Below, one piece after another: positions 9,171 to 18,517 of a stretch of DNA of 64,000 nucleotides. The notes under the pieces are model-generated. The model saw only the letters and a list, made by a program, of their open reading frames with translations. It did not search any database and was not told where the DNA came from. The stretch is from a virus. Positions within the stretch are counted from its first letter, which is position 1, and each line of letters begins with the position of its first letter. A program made the position numbers and the translations under genes. The DNA lies in the IMG/VR virus record IMGVR_UViG_3300031576_000014, positions 30,583-94,582 of that record; one strand, 5' to 3'.

Positions 9171-11749
9171 AGCAAGCTCGCCTCCCAGGCTTCCGTTGCC
9201 GCCCGCGCTGCCAGGCGAAGCCCGTAGATCTCCGCGAGCATCCGCTGCGACCCGGAGACGCGCAGCCTCGAATCAAGGACAGCAAGGGCACCGGACGCGA
9301 GCCGCACGTGAAGGACAAGCTGCTTCGTGCCCGGGTAGCGGACGACCGCGGCCTTGATGTCCTCGAACACGCCCTCCTCGCTCTCCAGGAGATCGACGAC
9401 GCACGCGCCCGCTGCCGGCGTCGACGCCTCGAAGCCGAGCTGCCCTTCGAGGACGCGCGCCTTCCGCCCGCGCGCCTTCGGGGGACGCACACGCTCGTAG
9501 CCCGTCTTCCAGTCGACGTCCGGGAAGGCCGCCTCGAGCAGCGCCTGCGTCGGCTTGTAGACCTGCTTCTCCCAGTAATAGAAGCGGTCGACGTCGACGT
9601 CCCCGTACTGGTCGATCGGCAGCACGACCTGCGGCGAGACGGAACCGTCTGCGACGAAGTATTCGACCCTCGTCCCCTCCCCGACGTGCTCCCCACGCTC
9701 GCGCAAGGCGCGCGCGACGCGCACGTGCGCCGGCTCCGTGCCCTTTTCGTCATCGTCCCCGCCGCCCTTGCCGTACTCGTGAAGGGGCTTCGAGATCCCC
9801 TTCACGATCACGATCTCCTCGACAGGCAGTTGATCGTTGAGCACGTGCCGGAGTGCGCGGTCGAGCGCCTCGCGGTAGGGCTCCGCCCGGAGATGCCCCT
9901 TCCCGATGAGGTCGATCATCTCTCCCTGAAGCCTGCGCGTCAGGAGGGCTGCGTCGCCGCGCTTGTACGCGAGTCCTTTGATCTCCGGTTTCGCCCCCGC
10001 CTCCGCCTGCTTGCCCTTGTAGTGCTCCCAGAACCCGACGTAGCTCTTGGCAGCGACGATCACGAGAGACCTGAACTTCTTCTCGTACGCGAGCTTGACC
10101 TCGTTGCGGACGCAGCCGGCCTCCCTCAGCATGGCCGGGAACAGCTCCGCGTTGCACCACGCGACGAAGGCCGCGAACTCCGTGTCCGAGACGTTGTCGA
10201 CGAAGATGGCGTCCGTGTCGCCGTACCCGACGCGCAGGCTCCGCTCCGCCGCCGCCGCGATCGTGCTCTTCAGCAACCAAACGCCGTTCTGCGTGATCGA
10301 CTCCGCGACGCGCTTGTCGAAGTAGCGCGAGAACATCGACCCGACGACCCCGTAGAACGCGAGCCCTACGACCTTGTACGCCGCCGACTTCCTGCCCGCC
10401 GCGTGCCACGCTTCCGTGCCCGGCGGAAGCTCCGCCTTCTTCTCGACCCAAACCTGGCGCTTGCTCATCAGGTCGCGCAGCGCCGTCGGCAAGATGCCCT
10501 CCGCACCGTTGTCGAAGTGGTGGCCGGTGAGGGGACAGCGGCAGAGACCTTCGGGGACCGGGCCCGCCGGGGACGCGTCCCGCCAGGTCTCTGGGCTCAT
10601 GTTCCACGTCAAGATGATCGACGGGTAGATCGACGCGAAGTCCGCGACGTGGACGCCGCGGGCGATCCCGCGAAACTCCGGCTCCATCACGTGCGCGCCC
10701 TCGTACTGCTCCGGCTTCAGACCCTCCTTGTAGAACTTCGTCGGGAAGCGCACGCCGCGCTCCTGCCCGAGCCGGAGCATGTAGCCGTCCATCTGCTGCG
10801 TCGGAAGGAGCCCGCGCGAGTCCGGGAGCACGCGGCAGACCTCCGCGATCGTGTTGAAGAGGTCGCCGAAGCCGGTCTTCTCCTCGATCTCGCGGAGAAG
10901 CACCGCATCCTTCAGGTTGTACTTCGGAAGGCGAGGATCCTTCGCCGCCCACGACTCGTACGTCCGGGACGCGTCGAAGTCGTCCTTCCCGTGTCCGAGG
11001 ATCGCCGTCGCGATGCTGTGGAGCTTCATCGACTGCTTCTCGTCGCCGCTCTCCGCGCTCATCTTGTTCATGCGCTCGAAGAGCGCGAGATGGTCGAGGT
11101 AGTGGAGCCTCCGCGTCTCGACTCCGAGGTTCAGGAGGTCCGTTCGCGCCCACCAGACGGGAAAGTCGAAACCGTCGCCGGACCAGGCGAGAACCTGGTC
11201 GTAGCCCTCCATCAGCTCCCAAAGCTCGCCGAGCAGGTCGCCCTCGGCGCCGTTCGTCTCCTCCGCGAGCACGCGCACGAGAGCGGTCTCCCCGTCGTCG
11301 ACGACCGCCCAGGAAAGGACGCGCGCGTCCTCTTTGCGCGAGAAGGGCACGCGCGAGTCGATCTCGAAGTCGACGTAGCAGCGGCGCGGCTTCTCGATCG
11401 TCGCTCCCGTGTCGGTGAACCATCGCCGCACCGCTCCGACGTCTGCCTCGTACGTCTTGACGCCCTTCGAGTCGAAGAAGGACGTGTTCTCCCCGCGCGT
11501 CCGGCACATCTGGGATCGCACGTAGTCGTCCTTGAAGCCGAGCCTTGCCCAGCTCCCCTCGACCTTGAACTCCCGCGTGAAGCGCGAGCTGCGAAGCTGG
11601 CGCGCGAGCGCTTCGTCGACGTCCGCGGCGCGGAGGTACGCGACCCACTCCGCGCGCTCGCGGCGCTCGAAGAGCTTCCCCTGCGCGTCGCGCCGCCAGA
11701 TCGAGACCTGGTTGCCGTCGACGAACGCGCTCAGGATCGGGTCGGTCAT
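9167..11749 (-). CDS. family B DNA polymerase with 3'-5' exonuclease
   Basis: Exo motifs VDFEID, FDFP, YNLKD; Pol motifs DFASIYPS, KxxxxxFYG, YGDTD, KSY, KGL; probable start MTDPIL. Confidence 0.95.
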   Translation of the reverse strand: MTDPILSAFVDGNQVSIWRRDAQGKLFERRERAEWVAYLRAADVDEALARQLRSSRFTREFKVEGSWARLGFKDDYVRSQMCRTRGENTSFFDSKGVKTYEADVGAVRRWFTDTGATIEKPRRCYVDFEIDSRVPFSRKEDARVLSWAVVDDGETALVRVLAEETNGAEGDLLGELWELMEGYDQVLAWSGDGFDFPVWWARTDLLNLGVETRRLHYLDHLALFERMNKMSAESGDEKQSMKLHSIATAILGHGKDDFDASRTYESWAAKDPRLPKYNLKDAVLLREIEEKTGFGDLFNTIAEVCRVLPDSRGLLPTQQMDGYMLRLGQERGVRFPTKFYKEGLKPEQYEGAHVMEPEFRGIARGVHVADFASIYPSIILTWNMSPETWRDASPAGPVPEGLCRCPLTGHHFDNGAEGILPTALRDLMSKRQVWVEKKAELPPGTEAWHAAGRKSAAYKVVGLAFYGVVGSMFSRYFDKRVAESITQNGVWLLKSTIAAAAERSLRVGYGDTDAIFVDNVSDTEFAAFVAWCNAELFPAMLREAGCVRNEVKLAYEKKFRSLVIVAAKSYVGFWEHYKGKQAEAGAKPEIKGLAYKRGDAALLTRRLQGEMIDLIGKGHLRAEPYREALDRALRHVLNDQLPVEEIVIVKGISKPLHEYGKGGGDDDEKGTEPAHVRVARALRERGEHVGEGTRVEYFVADGSVSPQVVLPIDQYGDVDVDRFYYWEKQVYKPTQALLEAAFPDVDWKTGYERVRPPKARGRKARVLEGQLGFEASTPAAGACVVDLLESEEGVFEDIKAAVVRYPGTKQLVLHVRLASGALAVLDSRLRVSGSQRMLAEIYGLRLAARAATEAWEASLL

Positions 11750-11771
11750 CTCTGCGTTGGTTTGCCGCCCC

Positions 11772-11791
11772 ACGTAAACCGCGGTTTACGT
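11772..11791. repeat. 20-bp perfect palindrome ACGTAAACCGCGGTTTACGT, copy 1
   Basis: Read directly; intergenic, just upstream of polB. Confidence 0.95.
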
Positions 11792-11802
11792 CGACCGCCT
11801 GG

Positions 11803-12906
11803 CTATTCTTCGCGCCTGTCGACCGGGACGACGGAAAGCTCGAGCTGCCCGGTGCTGCTCTCCCGGACGGCGATCTCGAGGTGGACCCCGTTCGTCCCCT
11901 CGACGACGCCGTACGGTTGGTCGGCGAGCCTCCGCGCCGGCTTCGGCTCCTGGCCCCTCTTCGCCGGCCTCGCCCAGAGCTTGACGCGCTGGCGCTCCGC
12001 CGGGACGAGGATGGTGAGCGTCTTCTCCCGCCTGTTCTTCTCCGTCGACGCCCTCGTCGCCGCCTCCGTCCGCGCCCCCGCCTTCGCCTTGCGCCGCTTG
12101 CCCTTCTCGAGCTGCTCGCGCACCTGCTGGTGGGACGGCACCGCTCCCCCCTCCGTCAGCTTGCCCCGCGTCTCGACGTCGAGCTTGACCATCAGCCGGA
12201 GCGTCTTCCCGCTGTTGAACTTCTTCGCCTGCTCCTCCGTGAAGTTCTCCGCAACCTCCATCAGCGAGTAGATGTACTGCGGCGTGAAGTTCAGCTCGCC
12301 CTCGCAGAACTGGTTGAAGCCCTTGTACTTCGGCTTCCCTGCGTCGTCGCTGCGCTGCTTCCAAAGCTCCGTCTTGTAGACGGCGCGGAAGATGTAGTCG
12401 CCGAGCTTCCACGCCCAGAGTGCCCCGTCGCCCTTCATCTGCTGGATGCGCGCGACCGCCTCGTCGAGGGCGCGCGTGCCCGCCGTCGTTCCTCCCCCGC
12501 CCGCGAGCGCGAGCGACCTCGTCTGCTGCTGCTTCTCCGCGTTCTCCATCTTCAGCTCCTCTTCTTCGGGTTCGTCGCCCGCGTCCTCGTCGCTTTCCTT
12601 CTCCCCGCTGAGCGGGGCACGGTCCGCGTCGCCGCAGAACGGACAGTGGTCGAGCGCGGCGTCCGAGTCGCCCCCGCACCGGTCACACGTCGCGCGGTCC
12701 TCTGTCGGGATCGATTCGTAGAACTTCGCGAGGTCGGCCACCGCCCTCGCGACCCCGGCCTCGTCCGTCGAGATCTCCGTGCCCAGGGCGTCCAGACACG
12801 CCTTTTTGAGCACCTCGACGGAGACCTCCCCGAGGTCGACGTCGGCGACCTTTCCATGAAGCTTCTTCTTCGCTGCGCTCGTTTTCTTCTTCCGGCGGCT
12901 GCTCAC
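11803..12906 (-). CDS. putative DNA-binding protein with zinc ribbon
   Basis: GTG coupled to the sigma-factor stop; CDRC/CPFC; FNQFCEGELNFTPQYIYSLMEVA helical motif common in phage DNA-binding proteins. Confidence 0.6.
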   Translation of the reverse strand: MSSRRKKKTSAAKKKLHGKVADVDLGEVSVEVLKKACLDALGTEISTDEAGVARAVADLAKFYESIPTEDRATCDRCGGDSDAALDHCPFCGDADRAPLSGEKESDEDAGDEPEEEELKMENAEKQQQTRSLALAGGGGTTAGTRALDEAVARIQQMKGDGALWAWKLGDYIFRAVYKTELWKQRSDDAGKPKYKGFNQFCEGELNFTPQYIYSLMEVAENFTEEQAKKFNSGKTLRLMVKLDVETRGKLTEGGAVPSHQQVREQLEKGKRRKAKAGARTEAATRASTEKNRREKTLTILVPAERQRVKLWARPAKRGQEPKPARRLADQPYGVVEGTNGVHLEIAVRESSTGQLELSVVPVDRREE

Positions 12907-13556
12907 GGGGACACCTCCATCGCGATGCTCCTCACTATGCCGCGCACGTCCGCCCGCGCGTGCTCCCGGCTCTGCCAGCGGTAGCGGAGCCTTTCGCGGC
13001 AGTCGTCGTAGATCTCGTCCGCCGCGGCGTCCGCGTCGCGCGCGCCCGCGTACGCGCGCAGGACGTCCTGGAAAGGCAGCCTCGCTATCGCGCGCCGGAG
13101 GTCGAGCGCCTCCTCCTGGCCGTCCTCGACCGGGATCTCCACGTCCCCCGCCTCTTCTCCGGCCTTCGCAAGGCTGCTCATGGGTGCCTCGAACCGGGAC
13201 GGACCCTTCCTCCGGTGCTGCTCCGCCCCGCGCGCCTTGTGCGCGACCTTGATCGTCGCCTTGATGGCCGCGAAAGAAACGAAGGACCAGGCCGGACAGC
13301 CGCGCGCCGCGTCGAACTTCCCGACCGCCTTCCACGCGAAGAAAAGCAGTTCCTGATAAAGGTCCTCCGCCGTCATCCAGGTCGGCAGACGGAACGAGCG
13401 CGCGATCGCGTGCGCGCGGCCCCTCCACGCCGGCGCTGTCCCGCGCACGAACTGCTCGAAGGTGACGGACCCGTCTCTCGCCCCGCGGGCGATCTCCTCG
13501 TTGTTCATCTTCCACGCTCCCGGCGCCTTGGGCGCCCTCTGCGAAAACGACTGCAC
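12903..13556 (-). CDS. sigma70-family RNA polymerase sigma factor
   Basis: Region 2 motif AEDLYQELLFFAWKAVGKFDAARG..WSF; LRRAIARLP region 4 entry; start may be MNNEE at 13509. Confidence 0.75.
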   Translation of the reverse strand: MQSFSQRAPKAPGAWKMNNEEIARGARDGSVTFEQFVRGTAPAWRGRAHAIARSFRLPTWMTAEDLYQELLFFAWKAVGKFDAARGCPAWSFVSFAAIKATIKVAHKARGAEQHRRKGPSRFEAPMSSLAKAGEEAGDVEIPVEDGQEEALDLRRAIARLPFQDVLRAYAGARDADAAADEIYDDCRERLRYRWQSREHARADVRGIVRSIAMEVSP

Positions 13557-13627
13557 GATCCCTTGGGGATCGATCCATTCTTAGCCGCCGCGCACTGCGT
13601 TTGGAAGCGCTTTCTCGGCCTGTTCCG

Positions 13628-13647
13628 ACGTAAACCGCGGTTTACGT
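13628..13647. repeat. 20-bp palindrome, copy 2
   Basis: Exact copy, upstream of the sigma factor gene. Confidence 0.95.
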
Positions 13648-13718
13648 GAGGGCGGTCATCGAAGTCCCGCGCGAACGCGCGGTGTTCGCCCGCAATGCCT
13701 TACGATCCGCTTCAACTG

Positions 13719-14261
13719 TCACTTTTCGGCCGTCTCCCTGAGCCGACGAGCGAGGTCGGCGAGCTGGTCGAGCGACGCTTCGCGCTGCTCCGTCCTCTCC
13801 ACGTGGATCTCGAGCGCCTGCGCGACCGTCTCCCGGAAGCCGTCGAGCACGTCCGCCGTCAGGTCCTCGTCGACGGGCGCGCGGAACACGAGCCTCTCGC
13901 GGTTCGTCCGCCGCACGAAGAGGAGCCGCCCGAGCCGCCCGAGCACGAGCACCTCTGGATCGTCGTAGCGGACCGGCTTGTCCCGGTTCTGCTCCGCGCT
14001 GAGCACCCGCAGCCCCTGGAAAGGCTCGAACGTCCCGGGGATCGTCTTGCCGGCGTCGATCCCCCGGGTCTCTGTGTAGGAGCACGTCAGGTTCGGCAGC
14101 CCCCGGAGCGGCTCGCCGCGGAGCGCCTCGACCAGCCGATCCTCGAGCGCCCTGACAGCCTTCCTCGCCTCGTCGTTCGCCATCGCCCGTTTCTCCGAGA
14201 GCCGGCGCGAGCCCCGCGAGGTCTCGTCGAAGAGAAGATCGAGAGCCGCGCTCGTGCCCAT
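13719..14261 (-). CDS. hypothetical protein
   Basis: Start MGTSAALD after a GAGG RBS; normal composition. Confidence 0.6.
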   Translation of the reverse strand: MGTSAALDLLFDETSRGSRRLSEKRAMANDEARKAVRALEDRLVEALRGEPLRGLPNLTCSYTETRGIDAGKTIPGTFEPFQGLRVLSAEQNRDKPVRYDDPEVLVLGRLGRLLFVRRTNRERLVFRAPVDEDLTADVLDGFRETVAQALEIHVERTEQREASLDQLADLARRLRETAEK

Positions 14262-14287
14262 GCCTCTAGTGGAGAACAATGCCGCCT

Positions 14288-14485
14288 TCAGGGCAAGCTC
14301 GGCAGCCGGTAGCGCCGCCGCCAACGGTCGCGCACCTCGTTGACGCGCGCCCCCAGCCCCCGGACGGTCAGGGTCTTCTTCAGGCACCCGTACGTCGTGC
14401 GCAGCTCCTCCGCCGCCTTCCTCGCGTCACCCTTGCACGCTTCGAACGCCGAGAGAATCTCCTCGTCCGTTATCGCCGAGCGCAT
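14288..14485 (-). CDS. small Fis-type helix-turn-helix protein
   Basis: ILSAFEACKGDARKAAEELRTT..LKKTL resembles the HTH_8 pattern (AL...GN...AA..LG). Confidence 0.6.
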   Translation of the reverse strand: MRSAITDEEILSAFEACKGDARKAAEELRTTYGCLKKTLTVRGLGARVNEVRDRWRRRYRLPSLP

Positions 14486-15452
14486 CGATGATCCTTTGCC
14501 TCAAGGCCGGCCTTCCGAGGTCGGCCGCGTCCGTGCCCTCCGGCAATCTTACCCGCAACGTCTTCGCATGGCGCGCGAGCGCCCCCTCGAGCGCCTTCGC
14601 CGCCTTCTCCCCCGCCGCGTCCGGGTCGGTCAGGAGAAGGACGAGCTTCCAGGTCGAGAGCTTGCGCACGTACTCGCCGACGCGCGCGTCCGCGAGCGGG
14701 TTCGAGCCCGCGATGGCCGCGACGCAGAACGACGTCGCCTTCTCGACCGCGAGCGCGTTGACCGCCCCCTCGACGACCGCGACCGTGTGCCGGATCTCCT
14801 TGCGCACCCACCGCGCCTCGCCGAACATCACCCCCGTGTCCGCGCCCTCCTTCGGGTGCGGTTCCAGGTAGCGTTTGAGCTGCCCCGTGAACGTCCTGGC
14901 CGTGTACCCGCGAAGATCCCCGCGCGCGTCCCTGTACGGGAAAACGATGCGGCCCGCGAGCCTGCCCGAGAGCGCGTAGCCGATCCCCCAACACTTGACC
15001 TGCCAGTCATCGATCCCGCGCGAGAGCACGTAATCGCGCGCGGACGCCGGCCAACGCTCGAACGGGTCCCAGCAAACGCCCGGCGGGTCCCTCACCGGGT
15101 CGCTCCTCCGCAGAGGACGGCGATCCCGCACCTCCAACCGCGTCGAACCGGGGAGTGGTGACGTGTCCTCTTCGCCCTTCAGCCAGACCCGCGCCTCCTC
15201 TCGCGGGACACCGAGGACGTGCTCGGCGAGATCGAGCAGCGTGCCCCCGAACGAGCATGGATAGCAGTTGTGCCATCCGTCTTTCTTCGTCCCAGGCGCG
15301 TCGACGATGCGCCAGCTCGGCGTGCGGTCCGCGTGCCTCTTGTTCGGGCAGAGCGCCGTCCACTCCCGCCCGCGCTTCTTCGCGTCGATGCCGAGCCTCT
15401 TCAAAACGCGTTCGACTCGCGTCATGCGTCGTTTCTCACCTGCAATGCTCAT
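14427..15452 (-). CDS. DnaG-like DNA primase
   Basis: Zn finger CP..H.D.TPS...CYPC, RIVFP, TOPRIM VVEGAVN, DPDAAG, DAAD. Confidence 0.9.
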   Translation of the reverse strand: MSIAGEKRRMTRVERVLKRLGIDAKKRGREWTALCPNKRHADRTPSWRIVDAPGTKKDGWHNCYPCSFGGTLLDLAEHVLGVPREEARVWLKGEEDTSPLPGSTRLEVRDRRPLRRSDPVRDPPGVCWDPFERWPASARDYVLSRGIDDWQVKCWGIGYALSGRLAGRIVFPYRDARGDLRGYTARTFTGQLKRYLEPHPKEGADTGVMFGEARWVRKEIRHTVAVVEGAVNALAVEKATSFCVAAIAGSNPLADARVGEYVRKLSTWKLVLLLTDPDAAGEKAAKALEGALARHAKTLRVRLPEGTDAADLGRPALRQRIIDALGDNGRGDSLGVRSVQG

Positions 15453-15814
15453 CGGGCGTGTTCTGGATCGGGTTCCCTCAACCGCTCGAACAGGCTCGCA
15501 ACGGCTTGCTCTACGCGGGAATCTTTGGAAACGAGCCTTCTGCGGATCTCGCGCTCCGCCAGAAGGACTGTCGTGTGGTTGCGCCGTTTGAACGCGCGGG
15601 CCAGCATCGGGTAGGACGCGTCCGTCCTCATGCGCGCCACGTACATCGCCACGTGCCGGGCGAAGGCGACCGGCCTCACGCGGCTCGGGCCGAGGAGATC
15701 GTCCAGCGAAACACCGAGCTGCTCGGCCGCCAAGCGCTGGATCCGGTCGACGATCGGCTCGGCCTGCATCCATTTTTGGCGCCACTCTCCGGCACGCTGT
15801 CTTTTGATGATCAC
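15449..15814 (-). CDS. stand-alone DnaA C-terminal (domain IV-like) DNA-binding protein
   Basis: DLLGPSR..VAFARHVAMY..R....SYP.LA..F.RRNHTTV matches the DnaA domain IV signature. Confidence 0.85.
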   Translation of the reverse strand: MIIKRQRAGEWRQKWMQAEPIVDRIQRLAAEQLGVSLDDLLGPSRVRPVAFARHVAMYVARMRTDASYPMLARAFKRRNHTTVLLAEREIRRRLVSKDSRVEQAVASLFERLREPDPEHAR

Positions 15815-15969
15815 CGCCGCACCTTCGATCGCTTGCGCTTGAGCGTGCGCGCGCGGACGAGGATCGAGTACTCCGCATCTTTCTCGCACTCGCGCAGCAG
15901 CTCATCGTAATCCAAACGCCGCCATCGTCCCCCGGCTGCGTCGAGCATCTCCAGCACTCGCTTGCTCAT
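15811..15969 (-). CDS. small hypothetical protein (52 aa)
   Basis: MSKRVLEMLD...; overlaps the flanking start and stop codons and fills the gap exactly. Confidence 0.5.
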   Translation of the reverse strand: MSKRVLEMLDAAGGRWRRLDYDELLRECEKDAEYSILVRARTLKRKRSKVRR

Positions 15970-17513
15970 AGCTGACCTCTCCCGCTCTTACGCTTGCCGC
16001 CCTTCTGCCTGAGAAATGATCCGGCGACGGACACGTCCATGTCGTTGCCGTCTCCGGGGCGGTCGTACTCGATGCTGCGTCCTCCCCAGACCGCGCCGCG
16101 GTCCGGGTCCCAGTCGAACTCGATCCCGAGCGGCCAGATCCCCCAACGCTGCTTGAGCACGAAGATCTCGAGCTTGTTGTCCTCGAGCTTCTTCCAAAGC
16201 GCAGGCCGGTGCGGGGCGACGATGTTGTCCGATATCTCGATCCACGCTCCGCTGCCTTTGATGCCCTCCCGCGTCGGACGCTTGTCCGGCCGCATCTCGA
16301 TGTCCTTCAGGCGCTGCTGCTGGAGAAGCACCGCGTGCATGCGCAGCTCTTCGATCATCGCCTGCTGGTGAACGAGCGCCTCCTCCTCCGACTCCGGGTC
16401 CGTGTACCGCAGGCACCGCTTCCAGAGGTCGGCGACGAAGACGTCGCAGCCCGAGTCCGCGAGGTAGCCGTGTACGAGGTCGAGGTTCCTCTCGTTCGAC
16501 GGCTTCTCGCCGCGCCGCTTGCGGAACGGGTTCGCCCAGAAGCGCACGCGGTCCGTGATCTCGTCCATGCGCGCGCGCAAGACCTCGCGCCCCTCCGGCG
16601 TGCGGATCGGCGAGCCCTCGACGTTCTGCGGATCGCTCATGGCGGTGCGGCTCCAGCCGAGCGAGATCGTCGCGAGAAGCTCCAGCGTCATCCCGCCGGA
16701 CGGCTCCCAGGCCCCGTAGATCACGCGGCGCCCTTCCGGGCTCTCCGGCGGATCGTAGCCTGACCCGTCCGCGCGGTGCTCCCAGCCCGCAAGCCCGAGC
16801 GTCAGGTGCGCCGTCAAGGTCGACTTGCCCGCTCCCGAAACCGCCGTGACCGTCGTGACCATCCCCGGCTTCGCTCCCGGAAGCATGCGGCGGCGGCCGT
16901 CCTCGTAGCGGTCGAGGCCCGGCAGCCCGAACGGGAACGTCGCGCGACCGGCCACGCGCTCTTCGACCTCCCGCATCTGGTCGCGCACGAGCTGCTTCGG
17001 CTCGAGCAGATGCGAGCGTTCCTCGTAGCCGTCGAACGCGACGACGATCGACCGCGCGAGCGCCCGCACGCGTTCCGGCTCCGCCCGCGGATCGCGCAGG
17101 GCTTCCAGGAAGGCCGGCACCGGACCCCTTGCTGCGCCTGCGCGCGCGGAGTCCCAAAGCAGGTTCTCGAGATGCCAGGCCGGGTTCTGGGGAGCGCCGT
17201 CCTCCGCCACGCGCGCGAGCGCCCGTGCGGCGTCCTCGCCGGCGAGCTTCTCGACGACGGCGATGTCGACGGAGAGCTTTCTCCTGCGCGCCTCCGCGAT
17301 CGCCTGCCACGCGTCGGCGAAGAGCCTTGTCTGGAAATGGTCCGCGCGCGCGCGCAGGAGCAGCTTGTCGAGCTGCTCCTCGGAGGACGCGAGGGCTGCC
17401 GCGAGGAGGGCCGCCTCGTTGACCGGATCGTGCGGGATGACGATCGGCTCAGGCGCGTCGTTGCGCTTTCGATCTTCCCTGTCGTCGCCGGGCCTTCTGC
17501 GTTTTCTCCTCAC
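15966..17513 (-). CDS. DnaB-like replicative helicase
   Basis: N-terminal PHDPVNEAALL, Walker A SGAGKST, VFVADLW, QQQR, KGSGAWIEISD, KQRWG. Confidence 0.9.
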   Translation of the reverse strand: MRRKRRRPGDDREDRKRNDAPEPIVIPHDPVNEAALLAAALASSEEQLDKLLLRARADHFQTRLFADAWQAIAEARRRKLSVDIAVVEKLAGEDAARALARVAEDGAPQNPAWHLENLLWDSARAGAARGPVPAFLEALRDPRAEPERVRALARSIVVAFDGYEERSHLLEPKQLVRDQMREVEERVAGRATFPFGLPGLDRYEDGRRRMLPGAKPGMVTTVTAVSGAGKSTLTAHLTLGLAGWEHRADGSGYDPPESPEGRRVIYGAWEPSGGMTLELLATISLGWSRTAMSDPQNVEGSPIRTPEGREVLRARMDEITDRVRFWANPFRKRRGEKPSNERNLDLVHGYLADSGCDVFVADLWKRCLRYTDPESEEEALVHQQAMIEELRMHAVLLQQQRLKDIEMRPDKRPTREGIKGSGAWIEISDNIVAPHRPALWKKLEDNKLEIFVLKQRWGIWPLGIEFDWDPDRGAVWGGRSIEYDRPGDGNDMDVSVAGSFLRQKGGKRKSGRGQL

Positions 17514-17600
17514 GGGGCCCGGCGATCGTTGCCGCCAACGCGCGCCACTCGAACCACGACGCCTTGCTAACGCGCATCAGGTCGCGAAGCACGCCGAGCA

Positions 17601-18005
17601 TCAGGCCCAGGGATGCCTGACGGGGTCGGCGCTGGCCTGACCGTTCATCCAACCGAGCGCGAGCGCCGTCGATCGGACGACGCGCAGGAAGAGCAGGTCT
17701 TTCTCGCGCTGCTCCTTCAGGAGATCATCGTAGGGCATCATGCACGGGTGTTCCTTCTTCTCCGGATCCTTGACCGGCCCGTGCGTCCAGCCGTCCGCGA
17801 TCTTCTGCGCGAGCCAGCCCGCATGCGACTCCTCCGGCGTGTTGCCTGCGAGCGCCCCTTTGACGCCCGCGATGGCGCTGTCCTTCTGCCATTGCGGCGC
17901 GGCCTCCCACGCTGCCTGGCTCGCGTCGCCGATCGCCAGGCAGTACGCCCGGTTGACCTCGTGCGCGGCCCGCGCGCACGCTTCGATCTTCTTCTCGTCG
18001 TTCAT
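17601..18005 (-). CDS. RyR-domain protein
   Basis: PEESHAGW...GWTHGPVKDPEKKEHPCMMPYDDL...KD. Confidence 0.8.
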   Translation of the reverse strand: MNDEKKIEACARAAHEVNRAYCLAIGDASQAAWEAAPQWQKDSAIAGVKGALAGNTPEESHAGWLAQKIADGWTHGPVKDPEKKEHPCMMPYDDLLKEQREKDLLFLRVVRSTALALGWMNGQASADPVRHPWA

Positions 18006-18517
18006 CTCGTCTTCTCCTTCGCGCCTCGCCTCGCTTTATCAAGCCGATAGTCCGTGAGGATCGCCCCGGAGAAGAGCAGGCGCCAGCCGAGCCGGCCTCC
18101 CGGCCTCCCGTTCTCGCGGCGCCACTCCTCGCGGTCCTTCTCCCGCAACCATGCCCAGCGGACGAAGTCCGCCATCGCGTCCGCGTCGCCGTCGAACTGC
18201 GAGCGGAGCATGCGCGCGGCCGCCGCGGCGGCGTCCATGCGCTCGCGCGGCCCGACCTCGTCCGCCACGCCGTAGACCTTCCCGTGGAGCATCGCGCAGA
18301 GGGCGACGAAGTGCTTGCCCGTCGCCCCCGCGAAGCTCTCGATCCGGATCATCCCCTCGACGTCGCGCTCCGCGGAGAGGACGGTCGAGCGGCTCATCGC
18401 CCGCCGCTTCTCCCTCCTGCGCCGGAAGAAGTCGTTCTTCTCGACGTCGCTCGGCTCCTCGTCCGACCAGTGGTCGGCTGCCGGCGGAGGGACGCGCGCG
18501 CCTGCGGACACCGTCAC
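18002..18517 (-). CDS. hypothetical protein
   Basis: C-terminal part of ORF 18002..19159; GTGA coupling. Confidence 0.6.
   Translation of the reverse strand: MTVSAGARVPPPAADHWSDEEPSDVEKNDFFRRRREKRRAMSRSTVLSAERDVEGMIRIESFAGATGKHFVALCAMLHGKVYGVADEVGPRERMDAAAAAARMLRSQFDGDADAMADFVRWAWLREKDREEWRRENGRPGGRLGWRLLFSGAILTDYRLDKARRGAKEKTR

Noticed and set aside
9308-12271. 987-aa plus-strand ORF (similarly 21745-24231, 54359-57412, 33003-34835 and others)
   Set aside because: These are antisense shadows of real genes caused by GC-biased codons. They are R/V/L/D-rich and carry no motifs, unlike 52794-53648, which has coherent HTH and nuclease motifs.
13695-14312. Plus-strand ORF starting MPYDPLQLSLF (perfect beta-clamp motif) next to palindrome 2
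   Set aside because: The rest of the ORF is the antisense shadow of 13719-14261 and there is no clear RBS, so this is likely chance.
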